Positions 11,001 through 21,015 are shown, counted from the whole stretch's first letter. The stretch: DNA of 62,144 nt, filler included, from Stramenopiles sp. TOSAG23-3 (GCA_900128585.1; 6 parts of 6 records of this genome joined end to end with filler, not necessarily neighbours in it), one strand, 5' to 3'. Program-made: numbers and translations. The notes: generated by a model not told the origin, from the sequence alone.

Positions 11001-11548
11001 ATGGCCACGTCCACGTCTTTCACGACCCGCAGAGTTTTTTGGTGCTCGACGCATATGGGTGTGTGGGCCTCCAGAGCTGCCTCGGGAATGAGGGTCTCGC
11101 AGACCCGGCAGCGCAGGTGGTCGGACCTGTTGGCGTTTATTTCTTTCGGAGAGTGCAGGGTATACTCACCACTCCTCGTCTCCGACCTATCGTTTATGTG
11201 TGACACGGAGAGGGTTCGAGAGAACCGCCCTGGCTTTCGAACATCCGACGCAAAAATTTTGGGATTGTCGGCACCGTTATCGCTTTGTTGCCTCCTCCCG
11301 CTTTTCGTGGCCCGACCGTCCGCGCCCGACTGTTCTCCCTCCAGGCTTTCCGTAGTGTGGGAACGTTTCCGCATGTCCATTCCAGACACTATGTTCGATG
11401 CAAACGTGCCTATGGAGTCTGCCACGGTTGTAAAAAATCGAGACGATATCTTAGTTCGCCTTCGCCGAACGTTACTGTTTGTCGATGCCCGCCGCAACTT
11501 CTTTTTCTTGTCCCCCCCACCGTCCCCTCTAGCTGCAAACGCACTCAT
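8084..11548 (-). CDS. Greatwall/MASTL-Rim15-IRE-type AGC serine/threonine kinase
   Basis: IHDFNIIKPISKGAFGRVYL, HRDLKPDNIL and LTDFGLS, then a long Ser-rich activation-loop insert before GTPDYLAPE; AGC C-tail PPFIPVLENAFDTSYF; N-terminal zinc finger CRVCETLIPEAALEAHTPIC. Confidence 0.92.
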   Translation of the reverse strand: MSAFAARGDGGGDKKKKLRRASTNSNVRRRRTKISSRFFTTVADSIGTFASNIVSGMDMRKRSHTTESLEGEQSGADGRATKSGRRQQSDNGADNPKIFASDVRKPGRFSRTLSVSHINDRSETRSGEYTLHSPKEINANRSDHLRCRVCETLIPEAALEAHTPICVEHQKTLRVVKDVDVAMAKLRAHYLAKYAKAWPKDILQEVNRVVDNATEVAPDDPTATHVLGECSRLVKGLVKRCSDNYRLVGVLHKLSAYISRKHVSTRTIVVKAFELDSIAMLPLSPALTKGRKMILGPGAKINSGSKFGNGRNEGATDAAGRGSNDERTEFNVPFFPCLDNDECLDALVPKSLRGGGGGDIRYRRAISFHYDPKVEANNIHKINKKGLDAVSRNLLDGSRRKISPKKVTIHDFNIIKPISKGAFGRVYLVSKKNTGDLYAAKVLSKAEMKHKNETKRVRKERNIMTNLKLNNPFVVKLIYSFQTSKNLFLLMEYQPGGDLHSLLVNLGALEEDIVRIYVGEIVLALKSLHASGCVHRDLKPDNILIGRGGHIKLTDFGLSEDGVQRRTNRHRRSRSSTLRVSTLERSRLAYESSILHNGSTSGSSILERELEQSNSGSEGKALAESGATKWKKRNGTRVSELQPIKVSDSKGFLESASKVLGNSLRGGLTLFDRLLPQKFSTENERTSWDEQGSSFSAGSGKSVTPRLSAISEEGGRENIATVSSRVSVDSLKLSRDSLSFELDPEDPSLLLPSSVKLVRDSSNKNLPDLLIMRRESSVNGLTALGARGSSYEDLAADKMEDDSGTKGSTGENDCRGTPDYLAPELLLGKSHTFSVDYWALGVIVYELLCGVPPFNAETVEEIFTNIKTRNFRWPGEEYISQPAHDLIDKLLQVNPKVRYGAKEIMSHRVFEGVDFDGLYKSDPPFIPVLENAFDTSYFDNRELEDLKELLQDEESGSAIVHEEGAEEGAGDGVSGNVSSVLTPEDASKLRAESPRAGSPPPGKSATTDNLDELKKGSDNMLNALHKMHSGENNVLEFIESMDALGSTGDRADSPVQKRNGSPTPKDLNLANVAKDYLHLTPTTTKKKGLGKSRDRPMGPSSLVYMKSDGSDTSDGSGTGLTRAVRAFSFENLDELAQQNLKLVEEREKEKNNEN

Positions 11549-12904
11549 ACCGGCCCGGAAAAAACAGGAGAGGCTTCAAACGACGGGTAAACAAAAAGAA
11601 AGACCAGAAACCAGAACACTTAACGAAAAACTGTTCTTTCCCACAAAAATAAAAAGTGAAACCAAATTCCACGCCCCCCTGTCTTCCCCGACGGGCTACT
11701 AAACCCGACCTTTCGTCCAAACACTCACTCACTCACACACGGCACGGACGGACAGCCAGAACGTTCGTCCGGGCAAGTGGGCTTGGCACACAGGACCTAA
11801 CTCACTACAGTATTTAACCAATCAAATAAATCACAAGAAATAATACAATATGATGGTTTCTTATTTCAACTCCATATATTATTTTATATGTTTTCACCTA
11901 CTGTTCAAAAAAATATAACTTTTTAAACACATACACATTCATTCCTATTACAATATGGTCAAAATATAATTTCATTCGATTATTATTTAGTTATTATTAT
12001 TATTGTACCACAATTATTATTAGTCGTCTAATATTATTATTATTATTTTGTTTTTGATTGGTACCGTTCCCTACTCCCTACACTACTGTAGCACCAACCT
12101 GGAATCATCACCGATAAAAAATAAATGTTTTCTTCCCTTCTTCTTCGGGTTTGTTCCTTCTGGTTTGGTATTATTGTACCTTTACCGGTACGCACCCGTA
12201 TTAAATACCAGGTTGATATTTTTTAAAACCTTCTTCTCTCTCCTCCTTCCTCCTTCTTTGCTTCTTTGCTTCTTCGTTCTATCTTTGTCCACGCACTTTT
12301 ATTTTCGCTCGATCCCGTCACAGCACTAGTAGTCCACATTTTACCTGCTATTACGAAGCATAATATATTATGCCGTCACAGCACTATTTTATCAATATTT
12401 GCCTGCTATTACGGTCTAAGCGAGGACGTTAAAGTGCTCTTAATTTTTTGAGAAGATCAACAATCATCGTAATGTATCCAAGCAACAAAAAAATCCATAA
12501 AAAATCATTGTGGTGGAGATGTGAGATGTGATGATAGACTACGACTACGAATATGTCGTATACTAGAAATAATAAATTGCTGTGTACGAAAACGATGATC
12601 TTATGTACGTGTAGTGCGCAAGACACGATAAGACAACAACAAGAGAAAAGAAGAACGAAGAAAGAGAAGAAGGGTAATAGAAACAAAAGTTGTTAGTAAG
12701 TATATATTCTTTCTCGTTTTAGTTTGTTTAGACGACTGAGCAATTCATTCATATCGTATCGAACTAGTACTAAAATTATCATCTCATGCGACATAGTCGA
12801 AACAATATTTTTCAAGATTAATTGTATCGTGTAAAAATCAAGGGAAGTAAAAATTTTATCGTTCAAGTAGCAAGAAACTAAACGCTCAGCATCAGTCCAG
12901 CAGA

Positions 12905-13567
12905 ATGTATCAACCGGAGGATTTTGGGGGCTTCTGGCACCCGAAATACTTGACTTTAGTACTGTTTTCTATTGCAGGCATGTGCTCTGCCATTTACATG
13001 ATCACTGCACTGACTGTAATCGGCCACTGCTACTATGAACCATGCTACGAAGGGGGTGGCATTATCTATGTGTGGAAGGTTAATGCATCTATCAGCTGGC
13101 CAGCAATTATGTTTGGGTTGGCGCTTCTGTTTACCTCGGCCTGGGGTTGGTATCAGATAGCGAAAAAGAACGTGACCGAGGACATTGCTGGCATTATGAC
13201 TGGATGCTCTGTCTGGGGACTGGTGTGTGCATTTTGCAATTGTTGCACATGGGGGACAGAAAATATCATCATGCAGGAGTTGATAAAGGACCACCCAACG
13301 CAGGAAGAAAGTCATCGTAGCATGAAAGTGAACCAAAGTTTGCAGTCCCCGTTTGTTGGACTGACGGTCTACTCAAGTTTCATCTTCATCTGTTATGCTG
13401 TTATCTGTTTCCAATTGTTGTTCAAACGAAAGCAGCTGCTTGGAAGTCCAGGAGCTAGTGCTGGGGCAGCGTATGGAAGCGAGTACACCCCATTTGGAAA
13501 TAATAACGGTCTTCCAGAAAAAGCCCATAGCACCTCTCCTGATGCGACTGGTTACAATGATTTGTAG
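12905..13567 (+). CDS. Four-pass membrane protein of unknown function
   Basis: 220-aa ORF with four hydrophobic segments and a polar C-terminal tail. Confidence 0.75.
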   Translation: MYQPEDFGGFWHPKYLTLVLFSIAGMCSAIYMITALTVIGHCYYEPCYEGGGIIYVWKVNASISWPAIMFGLALLFTSAWGWYQIAKKNVTEDIAGIMTGCSVWGLVCAFCNCCTWGTENIIMQELIKDHPTQEESHRSMKVNQSLQSPFVGLTVYSSFIFICYAVICFQLLFKRKQLLGSPGASAGAAYGSEYTPFGNNNGLPEKAHSTSPDATGYNDL

Positions 13568-13905
13568 TCCATCCAAATCATTCACTCTGTTGACCTTCCG
13601 TCACTCACAAAAAAAGTACTACAACCACCACCCGACACAATCGTCGTCGTATATAATGTTGATAGGAAAAATATTATTTAACTACATTATGCAGTATTTA
13701 ATAGTTGCTTAAAATTGATCCTCCGTCCTCCTACCGGTACGTCCTAGGGTACCTGGTACCCGTATAATACCATCCTCCACCTCTCCTCCTGATAATTAAA
13801 TAAATACTGCCAATGTATTCACGCATTTATATTATCCTGACTGAATTTGTTTGAACGATTACAACAAGGCTCCCCTATCTGTCAGACAAATTCGAAAATC
13901 GAGCG

Positions 13906-14772
13906 ATGTCGCCCAACTTCATCCATGCATTCTGCCCGTTTTCCCCACTGGTTTCAACCAGTACTATAATTTCGCCGGACACTATCATCCCAACCATGTT
14001 TACGCAAGGCGTCCGAGTGCTCACCTTCGATTTGGACAACACTTTGTGGCACACCGTGCCTGTTATTCTCGCGGCCAACAAGGCGCTTCACGCACACCTG
14101 GCATCTTTGCATCCAGAAATTTCAAAACTTTTTCCACCGGAAAAATGGAGAGATTTGCAAAACAAAATAATGGAGGATAATCCTAGTGATAGGCATGATT
14201 TGACTGCGATTCGAAAGAGAGCGTTGGAGTATACTGCCAGAGTTGCCTACCCGAACTTGGACGCTGCTGCAATAACAGGGATTAGCGACGATGCGTTCGC
14301 AGCATTCATCAAGAAGCGAAACGACACCAAAGGCCATTTGTTTCCAGAAGTAATAGAAACGTTGCAAACATTAAAAGGCCGGGGTTATGTATTGGGGTCG
14401 CTGACTAACGGGAATGCTGATGTGTTCTCAATGCCTCATCTTGAAGACCTATTTTCCTTTTCCGTGTCGGCAATTTCTGCAGGAGCAGCAAAACCGGACC
14501 GTCGGCCATTTCACAAGGCCTTTGGATTCGCACGACTGCATGGTCAAGCCAGAGAACCTAGCCAGGTTTTTCACGTGGGGGATTCTATATATAGTGATGT
14601 GGTTCCAGCAAAATTGTACGGCTTCCAGACCTGCTGGGTGAGGACGGGCGACGATCGAACGTCCGCATCTCCAACAGAAGCCGACGTGGTCGTCCAGTCG
14701 TTCGTTGAGCTGAGAGACATGTTTCCCGGCCCATTTGGAGACGGTGATGGTAAACCGAAAGGCCTTTTATGA
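13906..14772 (+). CDS. HAD-superfamily hydrolase (YigB/YjjG-like)
   Basis: Motif I TFDLDNTLW, motif II LTNGN, motifs III/IV AKPD...HVGDSIYSDV; alternative ATG at 13996; in frame with the next ORF across one TGA. Confidence 0.88.
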   Translation: MSPNFIHAFCPFSPLVSTSTIISPDTIIPTMFTQGVRVLTFDLDNTLWHTVPVILAANKALHAHLASLHPEISKLFPPEKWRDLQNKIMEDNPSDRHDLTAIRKRALEYTARVAYPNLDAAAITGISDDAFAAFIKKRNDTKGHLFPEVIETLQTLKGRGYVLGSLTNGNADVFSMPHLEDLFSFSVSAISAGAAKPDRRPFHKAFGFARLHGQAREPSQVFHVGDSIYSDVVPAKLYGFQTCWVRTGDDRTSASPTEADVVVQSFVELRDMFPGPFGDGDGKPKGLL

Positions 14773-16149
14773 AATGTAGGCTCTGTTGGCGTGCCAGCAG
14801 AGCCTAATAACACACATCACGTGGTTTTGTTTTACCTGTACAAAGAATTAGAGTCCCCAGAATCGCTCCGGAGCGACTTCAAGGCCATGTGCAACGCGAA
14901 CGACGTTACCGGCAGGTTATTGTTGTCGAAGGAGGGAGTTAACGGGAACTTGGGAACCAGATCAAAGGAGAAAATGGACGCTCTGCTCTCTTTTATAGAG
15001 ACCCACCCTACTTTGGGCGGGCAGCATATTGATTACAAGATGGACGTTTCAATGCACAAGCCATTTCCAGACTTACGTATCGAGGTTGTAAAGGAAATTG
15101 TGGCTACCGGAAACGCGATGCCGCTCAGCCTTCTCACTGAGAAAAAGCTAGGTGGCAAGCACCTGACCCCCAAGCAATTCCATGAAACTTTGGCATCCTA
15201 CTTTGAATGCACAGGCACTGAGGACCCTAATAAAAAACCCCTCTACCTAATTGATGTCAGAAACAGGAAAGAAATTAAGTTTGGACATTTCAAGAATGCC
15301 GTCGATTCTAACACAAAAATGTTTTCTGAATGGGCGGTACATTTTGCAGCGAAACGCGCGGAGGAGATGAAGAATAGCAAAGTTTTGATGTACTGCACGG
15401 GAGGAGTCCGGTGCGAGAAGGCGTCGGCATATTTGAAGTCTTTGGGAGTGGAGGATGTTAACCAACTGCAGGGTGGGATTCACAGATACTTAGAAGAGTA
15501 TGGGGCAGGGGGCTATTTCGTAGGATCAAACTTTGTCTTTGACAGCAGGGGCCTTCAGAAACCTAGGGGTGCCGAGACAATCGCACGGTGTTTTCATTGC
15601 CATGGGCTAAATGAGCAGCTGTCAAGCGATCGCGTTTGCGCCGTATGCAGGGATTCTATCGTAGTTTGCGATGCGTGCCGCATAAAATTTAAAGGCGCTT
15701 ACTATTGTGATGCGCACAAAGAGTTGCAGGGGGTTTACTTTTATTTTTTGGAGGATTTGTTTACGTTTGAAGAGCTTAAACAGCAGGCCCAAGAACTAAA
15801 AAAGCTATGCTTGCCGGGCGGCGCGTATTTTGGCGTTGCTTTTCGGAATCGCCGGCGCTCAATTCGAAAGCAGCTCGATCGAATAGCGGGAATCTTGAAC
15901 AACCCGGAAGAAGAATGGGTCGTGGAACGAAAATTAAAGTCCCAGTCCAGATGTAGGTCATGCGGGTTGCCGAGTAGGGCGTTGATGTCGATGTTGGCAC
16001 AGAAAATGCACACACGAGACTCAACTAAGGCCGAGGATAGTGTCGAAGAGTATTGCGATGGGAACTGCTTTGGTTTTTTTATGCCAGAAAGAAGGAAGAA
16101 AGGTTATATCAATTTGTTGGCAAAACAAACGGACGGAGAGGGTACATAA
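14773..16149 (+). CDS. TrhO/YceA/TSTD2-like rhodanese-domain protein; no ATG before its conserved N-terminus
   Basis: VVLFYLY...GRLLLSKEGVNGNL N-domain, PFPDLRI, IDVRN, MYCTGGVRCEKAS, QLQGGIHRYLE, GSNFVFDSR and a Cys-rich C-terminus; frame is open from 14773; first ATG at 14887. Confidence 0.88.
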   Translation, partial: NVGSVGVPAEPNNTHHVVLFYLYKELESPESLRSDFKAMCNANDVTGRLLLSKEGVNGNLGTRSKEKMDALLSFIETHPTLGGQHIDYKMDVSMHKPFPDLRIEVVKEIVATGNAMPLSLLTEKKLGGKHLTPKQFHETLASYFECTGTEDPNKKPLYLIDVRNRKEIKFGHFKNAVDSNTKMFSEWAVHFAAKRAEEMKNSKVLMYCTGGVRCEKASAYLKSLGVEDVNQLQGGIHRYLEEYGAGGYFVGSNFVFDSRGLQKPRGAETIARCFHCHGLNEQLSSDRVCAVCRDSIVVCDACRIKFKGAYYCDAHKELQGVYFYFLEDLFTFEELKQQAQELKKLCLPGGAYFGVAFRNRRRSIRKQLDRIAGILNNPEEEWVVERKLKSQSRCRSCGLPSRALMSMLAQKMHTRDSTKAEDSVEEYCDGNCFGFFMPERRKKGYINLLAKQTDGEGT

Positions 16150-16282
16150 ATTTGATTGAAAAAGAAAGATCAACAATAAATTGATTGGATTGACACCGCA
16201 ATCTCTTGCAAACTTACATTTATTTCTTCAAAATTACGAAGATGCCCTCGGGGAGATATATTAATTCTTACGTAAAGTTTTT

Positions 16283-18196
16283 CTAGCCCAAGGCATAGTC
16301 CAAGTCAGCAATCAAATCTTCCACACTTTCGATTCCAATGGACAAGCGCAAAACGTCGTCTCCTGCACCGCAGGCTTCTCTCTGTTCTGTAGTCAACTGT
16401 CTGTGTGTAGTAGAAGCCGGGTGGAGTACCAATGATCGTGTGTCCCCAATATTAGCGAGATGACTGAACAATCGGCACCTTTCGACGGCTCGAACTCCAG
16501 ACTCAAAGCCTCCCTTCAACCCAATAGTAAACACTGAACCTGGACCTTTTGGGAGGTACCTCAGGGCGAGGTCATAATATGGACTGCTCTGCAGTCCCGC
16601 GTAAGACACCCAACTGACACCATCGTGCTGATCGAGGAAATCAGCAATTTGTCGAGCGTTGGCAACATGCCGGTCCATCCGCAAGGGCAGGCTTTCTATC
16701 CCAGTGAGGGTTATCGAGGCATTCATAGGAGACTGCGTCGGCCCTAAATCCCGAAGGGAAACCGCATGGGAAAACGTAGTAAACGCTAGGTTTCCAAATG
16801 TCTCAAAAAAATTAAGACCGTGGTACGCTGGCTCTGGCTGGGCAAGCGAAGGAAACTTATCATTCTGCGCCCAATCGAACTTTCCAGAGTCAACAACGCA
16901 GCCTCCCATGGCGTTTCCGTGACCAGAGATAAATTTTGTGGTGCTGTGTACTACCAGGTCGGCACCATGCTCAATGGGCTGGCACAAGTACGGGGTTGCC
17001 ATGGTGTTATCACATATCAATGGGACCCCCACCTCACGGGTCAGCTCTGAAAGCCTCTCTAAATCTGAAACTACACCGCCCGGGTTGGCCAGCGATTCGC
17101 ACCAAAGCGCTTTCACACCCTCTTTTTCAAGGGCAGTACGGACCGCGTCAAAATCATCGACATCGACGAAGTCGCAGCTCCACCCAAATTTTCCTATGGT
17201 TTTCCCAAACTGAGTTATGGATCCACCGTATAGTTTGTTGCTAGACACTATGCGATCGCCCGGTTCCATCAGGGCAAAGAGGGCAAGCAACTGTGCGGCA
17301 TGGCCACTGGACGTGCACGTAGCTCCTCGCCCGTTTTCCAGGTTTGCCACTCGCTCTTCCAGCACTGCGGTGGTAGGGTTAGACAGGCGTCCGTAAATGT
17401 TTCCAAAAGTCTGCAAATTAAATAGCGAGGCTGCATGCTCGACATCATCGAAGACGTACGACGTGTTCTGATAAATTGGGGTTACCCTAGCCCCCGTGGT
17501 GGGGCAAGGCGCCGCGCCAGCGTGGATTGCCCGTGTTGCGAAGCCGTCAAATTCCGGAGGCAGAGTTTGGGTATCGCTCGCTTCGTGATCGCTAGGCTTT
17601 TTCAGTTCGGCGTTTCCGCCACCAATAGGCCGCCGTTTACTAGAAATCACCTTCGAGTTAAAACCATGCCACCCAAGCTCCCCAAAAAGTCGGCTGAACT
17701 CAATTTTGGGACACCTGTCCATGACCACGTTCAACCCTGCATCTTCTGCCCGCTTCCGGCTGTCCTCGCACACAACCTCCAGCTGCATCCACACAGTCTC
17801 TGCCCCGATTCGAATGGCATCGTCAACAACACCACCAGCATCGGATGATTTTCGAAATATGTCTACCATGTCAATCTGTTCCCGAAGGTCGTCTGGGACA
17901 TCGTCCAGGGATGCATACACCGTCTCTCCCAGAAGCTTATCTCCCTTAGCCGCGGCGATGGGGTTAATGGGGAGTACACGGTAGCCCTTTGCTATCAGGT
18001 ACTTCATCGCAAAATAGGACGGGCGATTCCAATTCGTCGATGCCCCAACCATGGCTATTGTTTTAGTATCCCGTAAGACACGTTTGATGTAATCATCATG
18101 GTATATGATAGGCGATGCGCTCGAAGACAGGCACGCCACACACCCCTGAACGGTGAACGTCGCCCGTCCAATCGCCCGTACCCTGGTTAACAACAT
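16283..18196 (-). CDS. metY: Fusion of CoA-binding (YccU-like) domain and O-acetylhomoserine/O-acetylserine sulfhydrylase
   Basis: N-part TIAMVGASTNWNRPSY...DMVDIFRKS...VWMQL...MDRCPKIE; C-part TRAIHAG, PIYQNTSYVF, YGRLSNPTT, PLP-Lys motif HSTTKFISGHG, HLANIGDTRSLVLHPASTTH, RLSIGIE. Confidence 0.93.
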   Translation of the reverse strand: MLLTRVRAIGRATFTVQGCVACLSSSASPIIYHDDYIKRVLRDTKTIAMVGASTNWNRPSYFAMKYLIAKGYRVLPINPIAAAKGDKLLGETVYASLDDVPDDLREQIDMVDIFRKSSDAGGVVDDAIRIGAETVWMQLEVVCEDSRKRAEDAGLNVVMDRCPKIEFSRLFGELGWHGFNSKVISSKRRPIGGGNAELKKPSDHEASDTQTLPPEFDGFATRAIHAGAAPCPTTGARVTPIYQNTSYVFDDVEHAASLFNLQTFGNIYGRLSNPTTAVLEERVANLENGRGATCTSSGHAAQLLALFALMEPGDRIVSSNKLYGGSITQFGKTIGKFGWSCDFVDVDDFDAVRTALEKEGVKALWCESLANPGGVVSDLERLSELTREVGVPLICDNTMATPYLCQPIEHGADLVVHSTTKFISGHGNAMGGCVVDSGKFDWAQNDKFPSLAQPEPAYHGLNFFETFGNLAFTTFSHAVSLRDLGPTQSPMNASITLTGIESLPLRMDRHVANARQIADFLDQHDGVSWVSYAGLQSSPYYDLALRYLPKGPGSVFTIGLKGGFESGVRAVERCRLFSHLANIGDTRSLVLHPASTTHRQLTTEQREACGAGDDVLRLSIGIESVEDLIADLDYALG

Positions 18197-18682
18197 GGTG
18201 CGTTGTAGTCAAACGAATTTACAAAAATAATTTGGTAGCCAAGGCAATAGTATTCACAAACTGGCTAAAATATTAAAACGCAAAATTGAGTTGAATACAT
18301 ATATTGTTGATCATCAAAGCATTCCTTTTTGCTGTTGGAATCGTCATAAAAGAAAGGGGAGGCCGCAGCGGCCGACCGCGGTGTGCATGCATTCGCCGTG
18401 TGTTGTTCGTTGTTTGTTGTTTTCATTTCTTCCTCCTCCTCCTCCTCCTCAGCAACAAACAAGTTGTGTGTTGTTGTTGTGTGTGAAGAAAATAATATGA
18501 AATACCCTTATGTTATCACCAATCCTAGGGGAGTTCGTCTTCGACTCCTCGTTCCTCGTATGGTATTAATGAATTAAACGACGGCGTACGGTATACGGTA
18601 TACGGTACCCTTGGAGGCCCTAAATCGGTCCGAAACGCGTAAGTTTTGATGCTACTCCCATGCTATTTTCTGGATATTTTCT

Positions 18683-18782
18683 NNNNNNNNNNNNNNNNNN
18701 NNNNNNNNNNNNNNNNNNNNNNNNNNTTAATTAATTAANNNNNNNNNNNNNNNNNNNNNNNNNNNNNNNNNNNNNNNNNNNN
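18683..18782. other. Artificial contig-joining linker
   Basis: 44 N + TTAATTAATTAA (stops in all frames) + 44 N. Confidence 0.97.
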
Positions 18783-18961
18783 TAGAAAAACACCTACGGT
18801 TATATATATATATAAATATATATAAATTTGGATGAATTAATTACAAGCGATAAGGAATAAAATGTCAATGGAACATGTTGGCAGTACATTAGAAACAAAA
18901 CGTCCCTTGCCTACCTACCGCCTTTGGGGTGCTTTTGTTCAATTGCAAGTGAATTCAAATC

Positions 18962-20962
18962 ATGAGTGGCAGTACGATCATTCCACCGTTGCTGTCGACC
19001 CCCCATGCAAAATTGGTCTCTGACACGAGGGAGATGATGCTTTCGGATTCCCCGAGTGGGGCCGTCACGGAAGACGAGCCTTTTCTGTCCCAATCGTACA
19101 AAAAGCGAACTTCGCCGACCGGGGGCCGTTCCAGGCGAGAGAAGAAAAATAGCCCCCACCGGAAACGATCGTCCATATCCGGCAGCCAGACCATGAAACC
19201 GACATCCAAGCTGATGACCTACGAAGAGGCCCTTGACATACTGATAGCGGGGCCGCCCGACCACGGGGACGACGAAATTTTTGCAAACGACGGCGAGGAA
19301 GAGGCCGACTCGCACTACACACCGCAGATCGTCAAGCTGCTGGCTGGAAAGTGCAACATAAAATGGGAGTGGACCACCCAAGACTTAGAAACCCCGCATG
19401 GTTCAAAGCGTAACGCCCGGCTGTTTAAAACAGGAAAGCCCGTGCCGGTGTGCAAGCCCATCCGAGGGAAGGCGTTTGGGCGGTGGGTGGTAACCGCGCT
19501 CATCGACGTGCAAGAGACACTGGACCCCAAAACGGTAAAGACGGCTGGGAAGGGAGAAATAAAATGCCTTGCGGCGTTGCCGACAACCACGATCGCGGAG
19601 GTGTCTGAACAACTGGGAGGCATGGCGGGACCCCTCTTGGCCCCGTCCCAGCAGGCAAATGAGAAACGCAAAAACGATGAATGGTGCAAGACCCCGTCCG
19701 GGGCAATTATCGTGCCCCACTCCGCGGGTGGGGTGCACGAGGAAAGGCAGACCCGGCACCCTCTGTTCTACAAAGATTTTGACGACATGCTGCACGGTTC
19801 GAGCGCTGAAAACGCCGATGGGCAATTGAACCCGAAGCTGTCCCTGACGGACTATAACATCGGGGTCGGCGGAGTGGCCTCCAACGGGCTGTGGTCTCGC
19901 ACGCTTCACCACTGCAGTATCAATGGCGCAATCGCGGCAGTCCCCGAGTGCAAACAAGGATCCTTGGATTTGTCTAGCCGTGGGCTTCAGGAGATACCAG
20001 AGAAAGTATGGGCGTTGCGGGATACTTTGAGTGTGTTGAACTTGTCCGATAACCGCCTCGAAGACTTAGATGAAAACGAAGTGGCGCAAATCGTGGGCCT
20101 GCGCGCTTTGCTGTTGGGGGAAAACCGCCTGACCAAATGTCCCGATTGTATAGACGAGCTGGTAAACTTGCGAGTCCTGCAACTGAGCAACAATAGAATT
20201 CCTTCCATTGTGCCCGAGCTGTCGAAAAACCATTTGCTGACAATGCTGTGCATCGACGGAAACGAGCTTACAGAATTGCCCGACGAGCTGGAGACGCTGA
20301 CAGGCCTTACACACTTTTTGGCTCACGAAAATTGTTTCATAGACATCCCAAGAGTCATTTTCACCTGGACGAATTTGCAAGAACTGTACTTGCAGGGGAA
20401 CCAGTTAGAGCATTTGCCAGGGGATATCGGGGAGAACCTTACCAAATTGAATTATCTGGATTTGGCAGGAAATCGCATCGCTACGTTGCCAGCCGAAATT
20501 GGAAATTTGAAGCGCCTGGACGTCTTGTCGCTCTCTGCCAATATGCTGTTGCTCGAAGGGATCCCGTGGCAGCTGGGGATGCTCACGGATTTGAAGAAGC
20601 TGTACATGCACGGCAACACAAAGCTGAAGAAAGAGCCCCCGGCCGTGTCCCGATTGATCCAGTGCGGTAGCTTAGTCGAGTGCGAGTTGGGGCTTCAGAC
20701 CGCTTTAAAAAATGCGGTCACGCGGCGCTTCTCCACATTTGGGGGGGCCACAAACCTGGCTGGAATAGCTACCCACGCGTTTAAAAAATACGACTCGGAT
20801 GGAAGCAAATGCATCGATTACATGGAATTCAAAGCCATCTGCGTTGACTTGGGGCTAAGCCTTACCAAGGCAGAGTTAAAAGACGCGATGGAACATTTGG
20901 ACGAGAACCACGACGGTACAATAGGGGAAGGGGAGTTTATTAATTGGTTCGTAAATCGGTAA
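18962..20962 (+). CDS. Leucine-rich-repeat protein with C-terminal EF-hand pair
   Basis: About ten LxxLxLxxNxL repeats (e.g. LSVLNLSDNRLEDL, LQELYLQGNQLEHLP); EF-hands DSDGSKCIDYME and DENHDGTIGEGE. Confidence 0.9.
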   Translation: MSGSTIIPPLLSTPHAKLVSDTREMMLSDSPSGAVTEDEPFLSQSYKKRTSPTGGRSRREKKNSPHRKRSSISGSQTMKPTSKLMTYEEALDILIAGPPDHGDDEIFANDGEEEADSHYTPQIVKLLAGKCNIKWEWTTQDLETPHGSKRNARLFKTGKPVPVCKPIRGKAFGRWVVTALIDVQETLDPKTVKTAGKGEIKCLAALPTTTIAEVSEQLGGMAGPLLAPSQQANEKRKNDEWCKTPSGAIIVPHSAGGVHEERQTRHPLFYKDFDDMLHGSSAENADGQLNPKLSLTDYNIGVGGVASNGLWSRTLHHCSINGAIAAVPECKQGSLDLSSRGLQEIPEKVWALRDTLSVLNLSDNRLEDLDENEVAQIVGLRALLLGENRLTKCPDCIDELVNLRVLQLSNNRIPSIVPELSKNHLLTMLCIDGNELTELPDELETLTGLTHFLAHENCFIDIPRVIFTWTNLQELYLQGNQLEHLPGDIGENLTKLNYLDLAGNRIATLPAEIGNLKRLDVLSLSANMLLLEGIPWQLGMLTDLKKLYMHGNTKLKKEPPAVSRLIQCGSLVECELGLQTALKNAVTRRFSTFGGATNLAGIATHAFKKYDSDGSKCIDYMEFKAICVDLGLSLTKAELKDAMEHLDENHDGTIGEGEFINWFVNR

Positions 20963-21015
20963 AATGTCGAGTAGTGTGTGGCAAAATACGAAGTGTAATA
21001 TTAAGAGGAGAATTT

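Noticed and set aside
14770-14772. Genome-wide TGA reassignment (alternative genetic code)
   Set aside because: TGA ends other genes at clear coding/non-coding boundaries (e.g. 5057, 26678, 39223) and Trp is encoded by TGG
13906-18196. Rhodanese gene next to metY as a sulfur-metabolism cluster or bacterial contaminant
   Set aside because: The genes are convergent, share a contig with clearly eukaryotic genes, and TrhO-type proteins act in tRNA hydroxylation; adjacency alone is weak evidence
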